A stretch of 64,000 nucleotides of DNA from an uncultured delta proteobacterium (GCA_963754925.1 CAVWHX010000001.1:192001-256000); one strand, 5' to 3'. Positions 29,362-39,792 are shown, numbered from the stretch's first letter. The notes: generated by a model not told the origin, from the sequence alone. Program-made: numbers and translations.

Positions 29362-32300
29362 ATGAGATCTAAAAAAATCCTGTTCATTGAACACGAAAAG
29401 GACTTTGCCACCTCTCTGGCTGCAGTATTGAGCGATGGTCAGCATCGTTTCTTTTTTGTCGAGCAGGGTAAAACAGCATTTGATGAAGCGGTTCAGATCC
29501 GTCCCGATCTGATTATTTTACGCGCTGAGCTGCCTGATAGTTCTGGTTACTCGCTCTGCACACGCATCGGCAAATCGCATGAGCTCGGCCAAGTCCCCAT
29601 TCTTTTGTTGTCGTCGGAAGCTACCGACGAAGCAATCGAAAAGCACCGCAAGGGCAAGCACCCGGCTGATGAGTATCTGATAATGCCGTTCGATATGGAG
29701 GAATTCAGAAAGCGGGTGAATGCGCTTATCGGCGTGGAATCTTCGCCGCCGCCAGAATCAATTGCAGCGACACACGAGCGCAAACTGACGGAAAAGGATG
29801 CTCTGGAAGCTGCGTCGGATTCATTGATCGCTTCCTTAAGCGATGCCGAGAAACTTCCGGAAGCCGCACCCTATGAGGCGTTACCATCGGCCGAGGCTGA
29901 AGCTCAGCCTGATCAGGAGTCACCGGGAGCAGCGCATCCTTCCGTTGCCGAAGCACCTCGCGCTGAAGATGATGTCGAATCGATCGATGATTCTGAGATT
30001 GTCGAGCAGCTTGAACTCGAGCCGCCCGAGTTTCAGCGCCCGCCCGATCTGCCTAAGGAGCGGAAAATCGTCAGCGATCAGGACCTCGCTTTTGTCGACC
30101 AAGCGTTTGAGTCAATAAAGGAGACCCGTAAAGAACTCGAGAGCGAACGCCCCGAGATAAAAGAACAGAAGAAGAAACCGCTCCCGAAAGGTGGATTAGA
30201 GGAAAAGCTCGATTTTTTAAGGGATAAGCTCAAGCAACGCGAGACGGAAATCGCCCGCTTGGCAGAGATATGGGAGGCCAAGGAGCAAGAGTTCTCCGCC
30301 TACAATGAGCGATTGCTTGATAAAGAGGTCGAGATCCAAGGCCTGAGAATGCGGGTGGAAGATTTAGAGCGCAAACTTGAGGAGTCGCGCTCTGATGCCG
30401 AGCAACAGGCCAAAGAGTTCAAGACCTCGATCGATTCCTTGATGGAGGAGAAGGTTGCTACCGAGAACGAGCTGATTCAGGTTGTCGCGGGCAAGGAAAA
30501 ACAGATCAACGACCAGCGGGTGACCATCTCCAAGAAAGATCGCGATGGCGAAGCCCTGGAGCGGGATCTGCGGGGAAAAATTAGAGAAGGCGAGGAACAG
30601 TACGGCCGGTTGAGCCAACAACTGCAGAATACCACCGAGGAGGCGTCCGAGCGCGAACGCGGTCTGAAGGAAAAAATCTCTGGCTTGGAGAGTAACCTCC
30701 AAGCTCGCAACGAGCATATCGTTGGCCTCGGCCAGGAACTGAAGCAACTCGGTGAAGAGAAGAGTGCTTCGGAAAAGGCGCTCGGTGAGCGCATCGCCGA
30801 TCGCGAAGAGCGCATCGCCGGGCTTGAGCAGGATCTCGAGACGCTCAGAGATGAAAAGCAACAAAGCGAGCGGCAGCTTAATGAAAGTATTCAAGTCCAC
30901 CTTGAAAACGCCGGTCGTCTTGAGGGCGAACTCAGCCAATTGCGCGCGCGCACGCAGGAGGAGGCGCATTCCAATCAGCAACAAATTGAAAAGCTTGAGG
31001 AGGGCATTGTTGCTCTCGACGACGCGCTCAAGAAACTGCAACGCGAGAAGGAAGAGCAGCAGCAGCGTCTCGCGGCGCGGCTGGACGATCGGGAATCGCG
31101 TATCCGGAGTGTCGAAGAAGAACTGGGGCTGCTCCGTGATGCCAAGGTCGACCAGGAGCAGCGGCTCGGGCAACGCCTGAGTGAACGCGAGCAAAAAATC
31201 GAGGTGCTCCAAAAAGAGCTTGAAGAAGCGCGCCAAGAGCTTGCGACCGCTACCGACACGCTCGAGGGCCAAACCCGTGATCTCCAAGAGCAGGTCCGCG
31301 ATCTGGAACAGAAACTCTTGGTTACCCGCAAGGACAAGGAAGTCGCCACGCGCGATATCGAACGCTTGACCGCCGAACTGGCCGAGCGAGCAAGCGACTT
31401 TGAACGGCAGCTCACCGCATTGCGCCAAGCCAAGATCGATGGCGAAGAAGATCTTCGCTCGCAGATGAACACCGTCGAACAGCTCCTGCAGAAAAAGGAA
31501 CAGACGCTTGAAGCAACCGATCACGAGTTGGCGGAGCGCGAGCAAGCGATTGCCGATCTGCGTAAGGAGTACGATCAAGCGGCCCACGCGCACGAATTGC
31601 AGGCGCAAGAGTTGGATGGCGAGCTCGATGCCCTGCGCACGGAGCGCAAACGCGTTCAGAATGAGCTGGACCAGCAACGCGCCAAATATGCCGAAGAAGT
31701 CACCAGGCTCAACCAGGAACGCGAACACGAGCAGGAGCAGTATCGAATCGAGCGTGCGCGCCTGGATGGGGAACTCTCTGATCGCGCCGGGAGAATTATC
31801 GGCCTTGAGGCGCAGTTTGCCTCGGCGCAGGAGACGCGCGCGCGTTTGGAAGAGGAGCTCTTAGAGGAACAGAACCGCGCCGAGAAGGCCATGTTGACGC
31901 ACGCCGAGCAGTTGGCCGAGATTCAAGCCAACGCGGATGCCGAAAACACGGCCCTGCATCAGCAAATCGAAGAGCGCGATGGTCGCATCGCGGATCTCGG
32001 CGCCCAAGTGCAGGGTACCCAGGCGGCTTTTGAATCGCACCGTCAGGCCACCGCCGAGCGGATCGAGCAGATCCAGAACCTGCTCGCCGAGCGCGAACGC
32101 CTCATCGTTGCCCGCGAGGAGGAGCTTCGCCAAACGCGCGAGCGCGCCTCGGTCGATCTCAATGCGGTCCGCGCCGAGTCAGAGCGGGTGTTGGAACAGG
32201 TCCATGGTCAGGCAAAAGCCGAGCTTAATGCCGAGCACGAGCGCGCCAATGAAATCAAGGCGCGGCTGGAGCGCGAGGTCGGGGAACGAGACGGTCGGCT

Positions 32301-33312
32301 GCGGGCCCTGAGCGAGGAGATGCGCTCCCAGGCCCAGGATGCTTCCGAGCGCGAGAGTGAACTTAGCGAGCTTCTGGCCCAAGCCGAGTCCGGCCTCAAG
32401 GAACACCGGCAGCGACTTCAGCATCTGCAAGTTGAGCTGGCATCAAGCCAGTCACGGGCAAGCGAGCTCCAGAATAAATTAACGAGCATAACCCAGGAAA
32501 GCACCGCTAAACAGGCTACGTGGCGTGATCGCTGTGTCGATTTAGAGCGGCAAGCCAACGAGCTCTCCGATACCCTCCGGACGACTACTGAACAGCAGCA
32601 AAAGATGCGTTCCGATATTCGGGATCGGATTGCCATCTGGGAAGAAAAATTAGCGTCAATGAACGAACAACTGGTGGTCGCCAAGGAGCAAGAGAGTCAA
32701 CTCAAGCAGCAGTACGAACAGCGCTTGGCGAATGCCGAAGTCGAGTGGCAGAAACGCATGCGTGAGGTTGAGCGACAGGTCGAGGCTGCGGCTGCTAAGG
32801 TGCGCGAGGTCGAGCGCGAGAAAGCGCAGGTGGTTCAAGCCGAAGCGGCATTCCATCAGGAGCAAGCGCAGATGCAGCAGGCTATGGACGCCGTGCGGCA
32901 GGAGCGGGAAGAGCTTCGGGCCTTGAATCAGAAGCTCGAAGAAACCATTCAGCGCCATGCGCACGAAAAAGAAGATGTTGAGCTTCGGTATATGCAGGAA
33001 ATGGAAGGCAAGCAGGATTATTATATCAAGGAGCTCGAGCGGGTGCGTTCTGTCCACATTGGCGAAATTACCAAGTTGCGGCAGAGCTACCTGCAGCGAG
33101 GCAAGGAGCTCAAAATCGCAGAACTCGAGATCCAACGGCTCCGCGACAAGATTTCCGAACTCGAGAAACGGCCGGCGCCTTCGCCGACGCCGCGGGCGGC
33201 GGCTCGGCTGCAGATGGGTGATAGTGGGGCGCTCCCGCGCGCCAACGCGCCCGACACAAGCGACTTCGACATTGATCAGATGCTTGATGTTTTAAACGAG
33301 AAGAAGGACTAA
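29362..33312 (+). CDS. aglZ: AglZ-like pseudo-receiver/long coiled-coil protein
   Basis: The receiver has Arg at the phosphoacceptor position (RPDLIILRAEL) plus LLLSSE and YLIMPF, as recalled for M. xanthus AglZ. A ~1000-aa coiled coil follows. Confidence 0.75.
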   Translation: MRSKKILFIEHEKDFATSLAAVLSDGQHRFFFVEQGKTAFDEAVQIRPDLIILRAELPDSSGYSLCTRIGKSHELGQVPILLLSSEATDEAIEKHRKGKHPADEYLIMPFDMEEFRKRVNALIGVESSPPPESIAATHERKLTEKDALEAASDSLIASLSDAEKLPEAAPYEALPSAEAEAQPDQESPGAAHPSVAEAPRAEDDVESIDDSEIVEQLELEPPEFQRPPDLPKERKIVSDQDLAFVDQAFESIKETRKELESERPEIKEQKKKPLPKGGLEEKLDFLRDKLKQRETEIARLAEIWEAKEQEFSAYNERLLDKEVEIQGLRMRVEDLERKLEESRSDAEQQAKEFKTSIDSLMEEKVATENELIQVVAGKEKQINDQRVTISKKDRDGEALERDLRGKIREGEEQYGRLSQQLQNTTEEASERERGLKEKISGLESNLQARNEHIVGLGQELKQLGEEKSASEKALGERIADREERIAGLEQDLETLRDEKQQSERQLNESIQVHLENAGRLEGELSQLRARTQEEAHSNQQQIEKLEEGIVALDDALKKLQREKEEQQQRLAARLDDRESRIRSVEEELGLLRDAKVDQEQRLGQRLSEREQKIEVLQKELEEARQELATATDTLEGQTRDLQEQVRDLEQKLLVTRKDKEVATRDIERLTAELAERASDFERQLTALRQAKIDGEEDLRSQMNTVEQLLQKKEQTLEATDHELAEREQAIADLRKEYDQAAHAHELQAQELDGELDALRTERKRVQNELDQQRAKYAEEVTRLNQEREHEQEQYRIERARLDGELSDRAGRIIGLEAQFASAQETRARLEEELLEEQNRAEKAMLTHAEQLAEIQANADAENTALHQQIEERDGRIADLGAQVQGTQAAFESHRQATAERIEQIQNLLAERERLIVAREEELRQTRERASVDLNAVRAESERVLEQVHGQAKAELNAEHERANEIKARLEREVGERDGRLRALSEEMRSQAQDASERESELSELLAQAESGLKEHRQRLQHLQVELASSQSRASELQNKLTSITQESTAKQATWRDRCVDLERQANELSDTLRTTTEQQQKMRSDIRDRIAIWEEKLASMNEQLVVAKEQESQLKQQYEQRLANAEVEWQKRMREVERQVEAAAAKVREVEREKAQVVQAEAAFHQEQAQMQQAMDAVRQEREELRALNQKLEETIQRHAHEKEDVELRYMQEMEGKQDYYIKELERVRSVHIGEITKLRQSYLQRGKELKIAELEIQRLRDKISELEKRPAPSPTPRAAARLQMGDSGALPRANAPDTSDFDIDQMLDVLNEKKD

Positions 33313-33317
33313 GTGAT

Positions 33318-33360
33318 CTGGATTCCCAGCCAAGCCGCACAGCACTTTCGTGGGAATGAC
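33318..33360 (+). repeat. GGATTCCC...GGGAATGAC REP-like palindrome
   Basis: CTGGATTCCCAGCCAAGCCGCACAGCACTTTCGTGGGAATGAC lies between convergent genes. Confidence 0.6.
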
Positions 33361-33368
33361 AACTAATA

Positions 33369-34040
33369 TTATGGTTTTGATTTTCTCAGCGGCACCGCGT
33401 TTGCAGGACCGACACGGCGGAAATCACGCAGCGGCGCAAGTTCCCCGAGGCAATCCTGTTTTCCGAGCTCGCGCAGGCGATCGAAGACGAGGATCCAGGC
33501 GCACGCCCGCTCGGGATCAATTTCGCAGCGCCCGTCTTTGGTGCCGCCGCAGGGGCCATTTTGCAGCCCTTTGGCGCATCGGGTAGTGACACAAATGCCC
33601 CCGGTACGCTCAAGCCGACACTGACCGCACAGCGAGCACTGTTGCTCGAAGCGACGTTCCCGAAACTCGCCTTGCATAATAGTATTGCACCCGGGGTGCA
33701 CCGAAAGATAGGGAAGGTCGAGCTCTCGAAGGGTCTGCAGCACACATTGGACGGCGCCGCCGCAGGCAAGCACCACCACTCCCTCGGCCGCGGCTAGGGA
33801 TCGCAGATAGGGTCGCAGCGAGCGCTTGACCTCGCGCGCGTTGCATGCAACCTCAAGGACCATACTGCCCACAACACGCTTGCCGCAACTTTCAAGCTGC
33901 CTCTGCAAGGAGGCGACCTGGCGCTCGCCGCCCGACTGGCAACTGGTGGCGCACAGTCCGCAGCCGATTAAGAAAAGATTTTGCTCGTCCTTGAGCCAGG
34001 CGAGCACTTCTTCGAACGGTTTGGGGATGCTGACGATCAC
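33369..34040 (-). CDS. metV: MetV-like Fe-S/Zn protein (MTHFR_C domain)
   Basis: GCGLCATSC..GGE, LACG, and CSLCGQC...GGIC...RCAKGLQNGPCGG...CE...CAW motifs. Confidence 0.85.
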   Translation of the reverse strand: MIVSIPKPFEEVLAWLKDEQNLFLIGCGLCATSCQSGGERQVASLQRQLESCGKRVVGSMVLEVACNAREVKRSLRPYLRSLAAAEGVVVLACGGAVQCVLQTLRELDLPYLSVHPGCNTIMQGEFRERRFEQQCSLCGQCRLERTGGICVTTRCAKGLQNGPCGGTKDGRCEIDPERACAWILVFDRLRELGKQDCLGELAPLRDFRRVGPANAVPLRKSKP

Positions 34041-34106
34041 ACTATATTGCCTCCGTATTATGGTGTATGATCATTTACGATATTGGTCAATCCTAAAGGA
34101 GAAACC

Positions 34107-34319
34107 ATGCCATCAGACGAGTTTGACGGCGAAGATAAAAAGAAAGGTGACGGGGGTGATGGGAAACGTTTTGACGAATTTGACTGCCCCCTGTGCAACG
34201 CCAATAACCCGTACGACGACGGCTTTCATGATGGTGAGAACATCCGCTGCTACTACTGTGGCACCGAATTCAGGGTCAAAGTAGACGAAAATGGGAAGAT
34301 TCGGCTAAGAGAAACGTAA
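34107..34319 (+). CDS. Small zinc-ribbon protein
   Basis: CPLC...CYYCG motif with an AAGGAG RBS. Confidence 0.75.
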   Translation: MPSDEFDGEDKKKGDGGDGKRFDEFDCPLCNANNPYDDGFHDGENIRCYYCGTEFRVKVDENGKIRLRET

Positions 34320-34834
34320 TCAAGCCCCATCCAGAACCTGGTGTTCGTGCTGTTCAAGCCATGCTCGGGGGTCCTTAAGAACACGAGTGAATCGACCAAC
34401 GAAAGATGGTGTTCGCGTTCGATGCCGGCCATGAAGGTAAAAAAGTTTTTCTCCATCGGATTATCGCAGATCGTGGCCAGCTGTTTGTAAAACGCGGCTC
34501 CTTTGGCCTCAAACTCAATCGCCTTTTCGATTGCTTTCTGATCATCGAGGTCGTGGTTCTTTTCGGATCCGCTCTGTTGGGCTGTTTTCTGAAGGACCTC
34601 CTTAATGTTGGTGCCATTGACCTCTATTGGCAGGTCAACGGGCCAGGATTTGTGTTCAATGAGCCTCTGATGGAGTCCTCTGATGCGCCTCATGTGCTCG
34701 CCCTCTTCCTTGGCCAACTTCTCAAACATAGTCTTGGCAAGCTGGTTTTTTGAGCGCCCGGCCTCTTTGCGATAGAAGGTCATCTCGATCTCTTCATTTT
34801 TTAATGCCATCGAGATGGAAGTCATGCGATCCAT
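34320..34834 (-). CDS. Rubrerythrin/ferritin-like diiron protein (frameshift near 34375)
   Basis: Duplicated E..FY...ExxH motifs (EEGEH, EREH). The corrected end is DPRAWLEQHEHQVLDGA*. Confidence 0.85.
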
Positions 34835-34971
34835 TGATGTTCCTCCTTAACTATATACATTACCATAACCATATATTCCAGCTTGTAAAGCAAGGGTGAA
34901 CAGGTAACGGGGGATATTTTTATTCAAGTAAAGAGTTAAGGTTGCGAAGAAGGGAAAGGAACGATACAAAC

Positions 34972-35226
34972 TCACTCGGGTTCTTCGTCGGTGTCTATGT
35001 TGATCGAGGGGAATTGACGAATCTGATCGCGCGCAATACGCCACGCTTGCTGGACTATCCAAGAAAGGGAGCGATCTTGTCGTAAGGCTTCGTTTTTGAT
35101 CTCGGTCAACATCTTTTCGGGGAAGTAGAGGCTTTGTTTGCGCTTATCGGTAAGCGAATTTTCCTTTTTCTCCTCTTTTTCCATTGCCGTTTCTAAAAAC
35201 TCCTCGTTATTCTGATTGTTTACCAT
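34972..35226 (-). CDS. MXAN_4361/MXAN_4362-family (TIGR04563) small RHH-like protein
   Basis: DKRKQSLYFPEKMLTEIKNEALRQDRSLSWIVQQAWRIAR signature. Confidence 0.85.
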   Translation of the reverse strand: MVNNQNNEEFLETAMEKEEKKENSLTDKRKQSLYFPEKMLTEIKNEALRQDRSLSWIVQQAWRIARDQIRQFPSINIDTDEEPE

Positions 35227-35411
35227 GTGCGCCCCAACCTTGTTTAACGTGAACTTTCGACAACCGTTTCCACTACAGCGAATAATGTTAACTCGACATT
35301 CGATGTTTGTCAAAAGAATGTATGAGAATATGTGAGATAGTGGTGGCTTGTATTGAACTCCCCAGAGAAGGTACGATACCTATCAATTGATGCGTTTGTT
35401 TGGCCTACCAA

Positions 35412-36059
35412 TCAATCCGCTATCAATTCAAATACGTTGGCATTTCTCAGGAATTTACCGGTGAGCTCGGTATCCGCTGGCGTTCGGTATGTTGCAACCG
35501 CTACCAAACCCCGGTCAGGCAGATATCCGCGCCCTGGATCTCCGATGAGAACTTGAATCCCGCCTGAAGCGATTTGTCGCAGCCAGGCAATTACTTTCCC
35601 AGCGAATTTAGGATCGTAACATACATCTCCGGCAAGAACAACCTCAAACCCGCGAACCGTAGCGCCAACGAGATCATCATTGGTAGTAGTTATGGCAACC
35701 CCATTGAGCTGAGCGTTAATTTGTATGACCTCATTGGTGAGGGGATCGATGTCTACGGCTACAACCTCTTGGGCACCTGACAGCGCTGCCGCTATTGCCA
35801 CGACACCGCCGCCTGCGCCAAAGTCCAGCACCCGTTTGCCCGCAACCAGCTGCGGATGATCGAGTAGATAACGAGCCAATGCCTGCCCGCCAGCCCAGCA
35901 AAAGGCCCAATACGGATCGGCCAGATCATAGGCCGCGAGGTCTTTCTCGCGAGCGCGCCACAAGGGACATGATTCGGTGACCAGGCGAAGCCGTATTTCA
36001 GGGCATAGGTAGGGCGTGCTCTCGCGGGTGTTCTCGATGATGAACGTGTGCCGATCCAT
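35412..36059 (-). CDS. Class I SAM-dependent protein methyltransferase (Methyltransf_16/METTL20-like)
   Basis: PYWAFCWAGGQALARY, VLDFGAGGG, AGDVCY and GDPGR motifs. Confidence 0.88.
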   Translation of the reverse strand: MDRHTFIIENTRESTPYLCPEIRLRLVTESCPLWRAREKDLAAYDLADPYWAFCWAGGQALARYLLDHPQLVAGKRVLDFGAGGGVVAIAAALSGAQEVVAVDIDPLTNEVIQINAQLNGVAITTTNDDLVGATVRGFEVVLAGDVCYDPKFAGKVIAWLRQIASGGIQVLIGDPGRGYLPDRGLVAVATYRTPADTELTGKFLRNANVFELIAD

Positions 36060-36167
36060 TTTTCTAACGGTGTACTAACCTGAAAACCCATAACCTGTAA
36101 AGTTTGATTGACTAACTGCTTCTGCTCTGCTAACTGAAAGCGCGGAAACAACGTCTGCGGGAGTCAT

Positions 36168-36845
36168 ATGGAACAATTTGATTTAAAGAGAATTATCGAT
36201 TTCATTGTCCCCATGATACTGTCGGTGACTGTTCACGAGTATGCCCATGCCTGGGTGGCGGCCAAGTTAGGAGATGACACAGCGACGCGCATGGGACGAA
36301 AGACACTTAACCCTATTGCTCATATCGATCCGATCTGGACGCTCCTTGTTCCCATTATCGGAATCATGTCTCATGGGCCGGTCTTTGGGATGGCGAAACC
36401 GGTACCTATCAATCCTGTTCGGTTTAACAGAAAGTATCGCATGAAGTTTAGTATTCTACTGGTAGCGTTAGCTGGCCCGATATCGAATTTGATTTTTGCC
36501 ATTCTCGTGGCGCTAGCGTTGGGAGTACTGACGTCGCCCGCGGCGGGACTGGTATCGTATTTTGATAAGAGTATCAATGGCGCACTGTTCACGTTGGCGA
36601 TTACAACTATCCTGGTGAACGTAACACTCTTTATTTTCAATCTCATCCCGATACCACCGTTGGATGGCAGCAAGGTACTGGCCGGCCTTCTTCCCGACCG
36701 ATTCTTGCCAATGTTTAGCGTTGTGGAGAAATATTTTTACATCTTTTTCATTTTCCTTTTAATCTTCGGCGGAGCGTTCATTGAAACTCCCGTTGTTTGG
36801 GTAACCGATATATTATCTCAGCTAACGGGGTTTAAGATATTGTGA
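36168..36845 (+). CDS. Site-2 protease (M50 family)
   Basis: HEYAH and NLIPIPPLDG motifs. Confidence 0.95.
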   Translation: MEQFDLKRIIDFIVPMILSVTVHEYAHAWVAAKLGDDTATRMGRKTLNPIAHIDPIWTLLVPIIGIMSHGPVFGMAKPVPINPVRFNRKYRMKFSILLVALAGPISNLIFAILVALALGVLTSPAAGLVSYFDKSINGALFTLAITTILVNVTLFIFNLIPIPPLDGSKVLAGLLPDRFLPMFSVVEKYFYIFFIFLLIFGGAFIETPVVWVTDILSQLTGFKIL

Positions 36846-36861
36846 TCATTGAGTCATTCTC

Positions 36862-37875
36862 ATGGGGAGTTTTGATGAAATGAGCCGTCAAAGAGTGCTG
36901 AGTGGCGTACAGGCTTCTGGTCGGTTGCACTTAGGCAACTACCACGGAGCTTTTGAAACCTGGGTAACGCTTCAGGACCGATACGAATGCTTCTTCTTCA
37001 TCGCCGATTGGCACGCCCTAACCGCGTTGGTGACAGAACCAGGTAAGATACGCGAATATACCAGAGAAGCGGCGATAGATTTGCTGGCCTGCGGATTGGA
37101 TCCGGAAAAATGCACTATCTTTGTTCAGTCCGAGGTGCCACAACACGCCGAATTAAATCTTCTTCTTGGAATGCTGACGCCGGTGCCCTGGCTGGAGCGG
37201 GTACCGTCATACAAAGACAAGAAGCAGGAATTGAGCGACAAGGATCTCTCGAGCGTCGGCTTCTTAAACTACCCGGTGTTACAGGCGGCCGATATTACTA
37301 TCTACAAGGCTTCATTGGTGCCGGTCGGTGAAGACCAACTTCCCCATTTGGAACTAACCCGCGAAATTGTGCGGCGTTTCAATTTCATTCATGGTAGCGT
37401 GCTGGTTGAACCGCGCGAGATTGTCAATACGGTTACGCTGCTGCCTGGCCTCGACGGGCGTAAGATGTCTAAGTCTTACAACAATGCCGTGTACCTGTCG
37501 GATGATGATGAGACCGTACGCAAAAAGTTTAGCAACGCCGTCACCGATCCCCAACGCCAGCGCCGCAAAGATCCGGGACGACCCGAGGTGTGTAACATAT
37601 TTGCCTACCACACGTTGTACACCCCGGAGGACCGCTTGCATGAAATCGACCGCCTGTGCCGTACGGCCGGGATTGGCTGCGTTGAATGCAAGCGTGAGCT
37701 TATCGAAAACTTTTTCGCCTTCTTTTCGGCGATCCGCGCGCGGCGCGCGAAACTAGCGCAGCAGGTGCCCTATGTTCGCGAGGTACTCGATCGCGGTGCG
37801 CAACGCGCTCGGGAGGCAGCCGAAGAAACCATGACGGTCGTGCGCGAAGCAATGAAGATAGGATGGCGGATATGA
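36862..37875 (+). CDS. trpS: Tryptophanyl-tRNA synthetase
   Basis: HLGN, YPVLQAAD, VPVGEDQ and KMSKS motifs. Confidence 0.98.
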   Translation: MGSFDEMSRQRVLSGVQASGRLHLGNYHGAFETWVTLQDRYECFFFIADWHALTALVTEPGKIREYTREAAIDLLACGLDPEKCTIFVQSEVPQHAELNLLLGMLTPVPWLERVPSYKDKKQELSDKDLSSVGFLNYPVLQAADITIYKASLVPVGEDQLPHLELTREIVRRFNFIHGSVLVEPREIVNTVTLLPGLDGRKMSKSYNNAVYLSDDDETVRKKFSNAVTDPQRQRRKDPGRPEVCNIFAYHTLYTPEDRLHEIDRLCRTAGIGCVECKRELIENFFAFFSAIRARRAKLAQQVPYVREVLDRGAQRAREAAEETMTVVREAMKIGWRI

Positions 37876-38714
37876 ATTCGCCGGACAGCACGCCGCTTGA
37901 CTGGGAAGATCTCGAACCCGAGTCCGGTGAACGGCCGGCCGAAGGGTATCGGGTAACGCTGCCTAATTTCGAGGGGCCGTTGGATCTACTGCTGCATCTG
38001 ATTAGAAAGCATGAAATTAATATATTCGACATTCCGATCGCGCCGATTACTGAGAAATACTTAGCGTATCTGCGGTGGATGGAAGCGCTCAATCTAGATA
38101 TTGCTGGCGAGTTCTTAGTGATGGCCTCGACGCTCACCTATATCAAGTCCCGCATGCTCCTTCCGCCGGAAGAGAGGCCCGCCGATGAGGAAGAGGAAGA
38201 GCTTGATCCTCGCGCCGATTTAGTGCGACGCCTGTTAGATTATCAGCGGTACCAGGAAGTGGCCGAGGAGCTCAAGGATCAACCACTCTTGGATCGAGAT
38301 GTTTTCGCACGTAAGCCAGTCACACCGACACCTGAGGATGAGGAGGACCGCAATCCCTTTGAAGAGGTATCGGTTTTCGTTTTGATCGAGGCCGTCGAGC
38401 GCGTCATGCACCACGCCCCGCAAAAGCTGAGCCACCAGGTATTGGTCGAACGCATTTCGGTGGCCCAGCGCATGCAGGAACTAACGGAACTGCTCGTGCA
38501 GCGTAAAGACATTACGTTTGAAGAGTTGTTTACCCATGCATCAGATCCGTCGCTTATGGTGGTGACCTTCATTGCTCTTTTGGAGATGGCGCGGTTGAAG
38601 ATGGTTCGACTGCACCAAACCGATGACACCGGTCTCATTCACATTCGGGGCTTGCTTGAGGGAGTGGATGTCGAGCAGGCGCTTGCCTCCATAGGCCCCG
38701 GGGGACAGGATTGA
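37863..38714 (+). CDS. scpA: Segregation/condensation protein A
   Basis: FEGPLDLLLHLI, AGEFLVMA and TFIALLEM motifs. Confidence 0.96.
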   Translation: MADMNSPDSTPLDWEDLEPESGERPAEGYRVTLPNFEGPLDLLLHLIRKHEINIFDIPIAPITEKYLAYLRWMEALNLDIAGEFLVMASTLTYIKSRMLLPPEERPADEEEEELDPRADLVRRLLDYQRYQEVAEELKDQPLLDRDVFARKPVTPTPEDEEDRNPFEEVSVFVLIEAVERVMHHAPQKLSHQVLVERISVAQRMQELTELLVQRKDITFEELFTHASDPSLMVVTFIALLEMARLKMVRLHQTDDTGLIHIRGLLEGVDVEQALASIGPGGQD

Positions 38715-38724
38715 ACGTTTCGCC

Positions 38725-39792
38725 ATGACCGCATCAAAGACCAGGGAAGAGCTCGATCGTGAGATGGATGCCATTGCAGCGGCTGTTCAGCAGGAATTAC
38801 CTATCGACGACACGAGATCCGCTCAGGTTTCGGCAGACGAGTTGGCGACGCCCGATACGTCGGTGGCCGCTGCTCAACCAGTAGCTGCAGATTCGGTTGA
38901 GCCGACAGGTTCCGAGGACGAGTCATTGACCGGCGAGACGGCCGACGCCGCATTGATCGGACGCATACTGATGGTTATCGAAAGCGTCCTCTTTGTTGCC
39001 GGTAATCCCGTTGGGTTTTCGACGTTATTGGCCGTGGCGCGCGAAGTACAGCCCAATCTTTCGGCGCACAGCGCGCGCGAATTACTTGTTCAGCTCCGCG
39101 AGAAACTGCGCGAGGAAGGTCGCGGGATACGGCTCGCCGAAGTAGCCGGCGGATACCAACTCCGCACGCCCTCGGAGTGCGCCCCGTACCTCCGGCGGGT
39201 GGTGACGCGGCGGCCGCCGCGCATGACCCGTGCCACGCTTGAAACGCTTGCGATGGTCGCCTATCGGCAGCCAATGACCCGGGCCGAGATAGAAGAACTC
39301 CGCGGCGTGGATTGCGGGCCGGTATTGCGGCACCTGCTTGAGAAGAAACTCGTTCGTATCCTTGGCCGCAAGGAGGAGCCCGGGCGGCCGTTGATGTATG
39401 GCACAACCAAAGAATTCCTGTCCCTGTTCTCACTCAAAGACCTTTCCAGTTTGCCGACGTTGAAAGACTTCGTTGAGTTGTCGGATGAGTTTCGAGCTTC
39501 ACACGGGTTAGAGCCTCGTTCGGCGGAGGCGCCGGATAGCGCCGGACAAGCCCCTACTGCCGACGCGGATGTGCTGCGTCTCGAGGATACCAGCGCTTTT
39601 GCCCCGGTTGGTAACGACGAAGTGATCAGCGAATTAGCCGATGTCCTCGACGAAATGCGAATTCGAAACCGACAGATTCGAGAGCTCTTTCCGGCGCCAA
39701 AAGAACAAAACGAAACAGTAGACGCCAACACCGAAGTCGGGTCCGCGTTCGATACCGGGGGTAAGCCGGATGATCCTGAAGGGACTACGTGA
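38725..39792 (+). CDS. scpB: SMC-Scp subunit ScpB
   Basis: LETLAMVAYRQP, IEELRGV and GRPLMYGTTKEFL motifs. Confidence 0.96.
   Translation: MTASKTREELDREMDAIAAAVQQELPIDDTRSAQVSADELATPDTSVAAAQPVAADSVEPTGSEDESLTGETADAALIGRILMVIESVLFVAGNPVGFSTLLAVAREVQPNLSAHSARELLVQLREKLREEGRGIRLAEVAGGYQLRTPSECAPYLRRVVTRRPPRMTRATLETLAMVAYRQPMTRAEIEELRGVDCGPVLRHLLEKKLVRILGRKEEPGRPLMYGTTKEFLSLFSLKDLSSLPTLKDFVELSDEFRASHGLEPRSAEAPDSAGQAPTADADVLRLEDTSAFAPVGNDEVISELADVLDEMRIRNRQIRELFPAPKEQNETVDANTEVGSAFDTGGKPDDPEGTT

Noticed and set aside
30364..31728. 454-aa hydrophobic minus-strand ORF
   Set aside because: It is an antisense shadow of the aglZ-like coiled coil, with no motifs or RBS.
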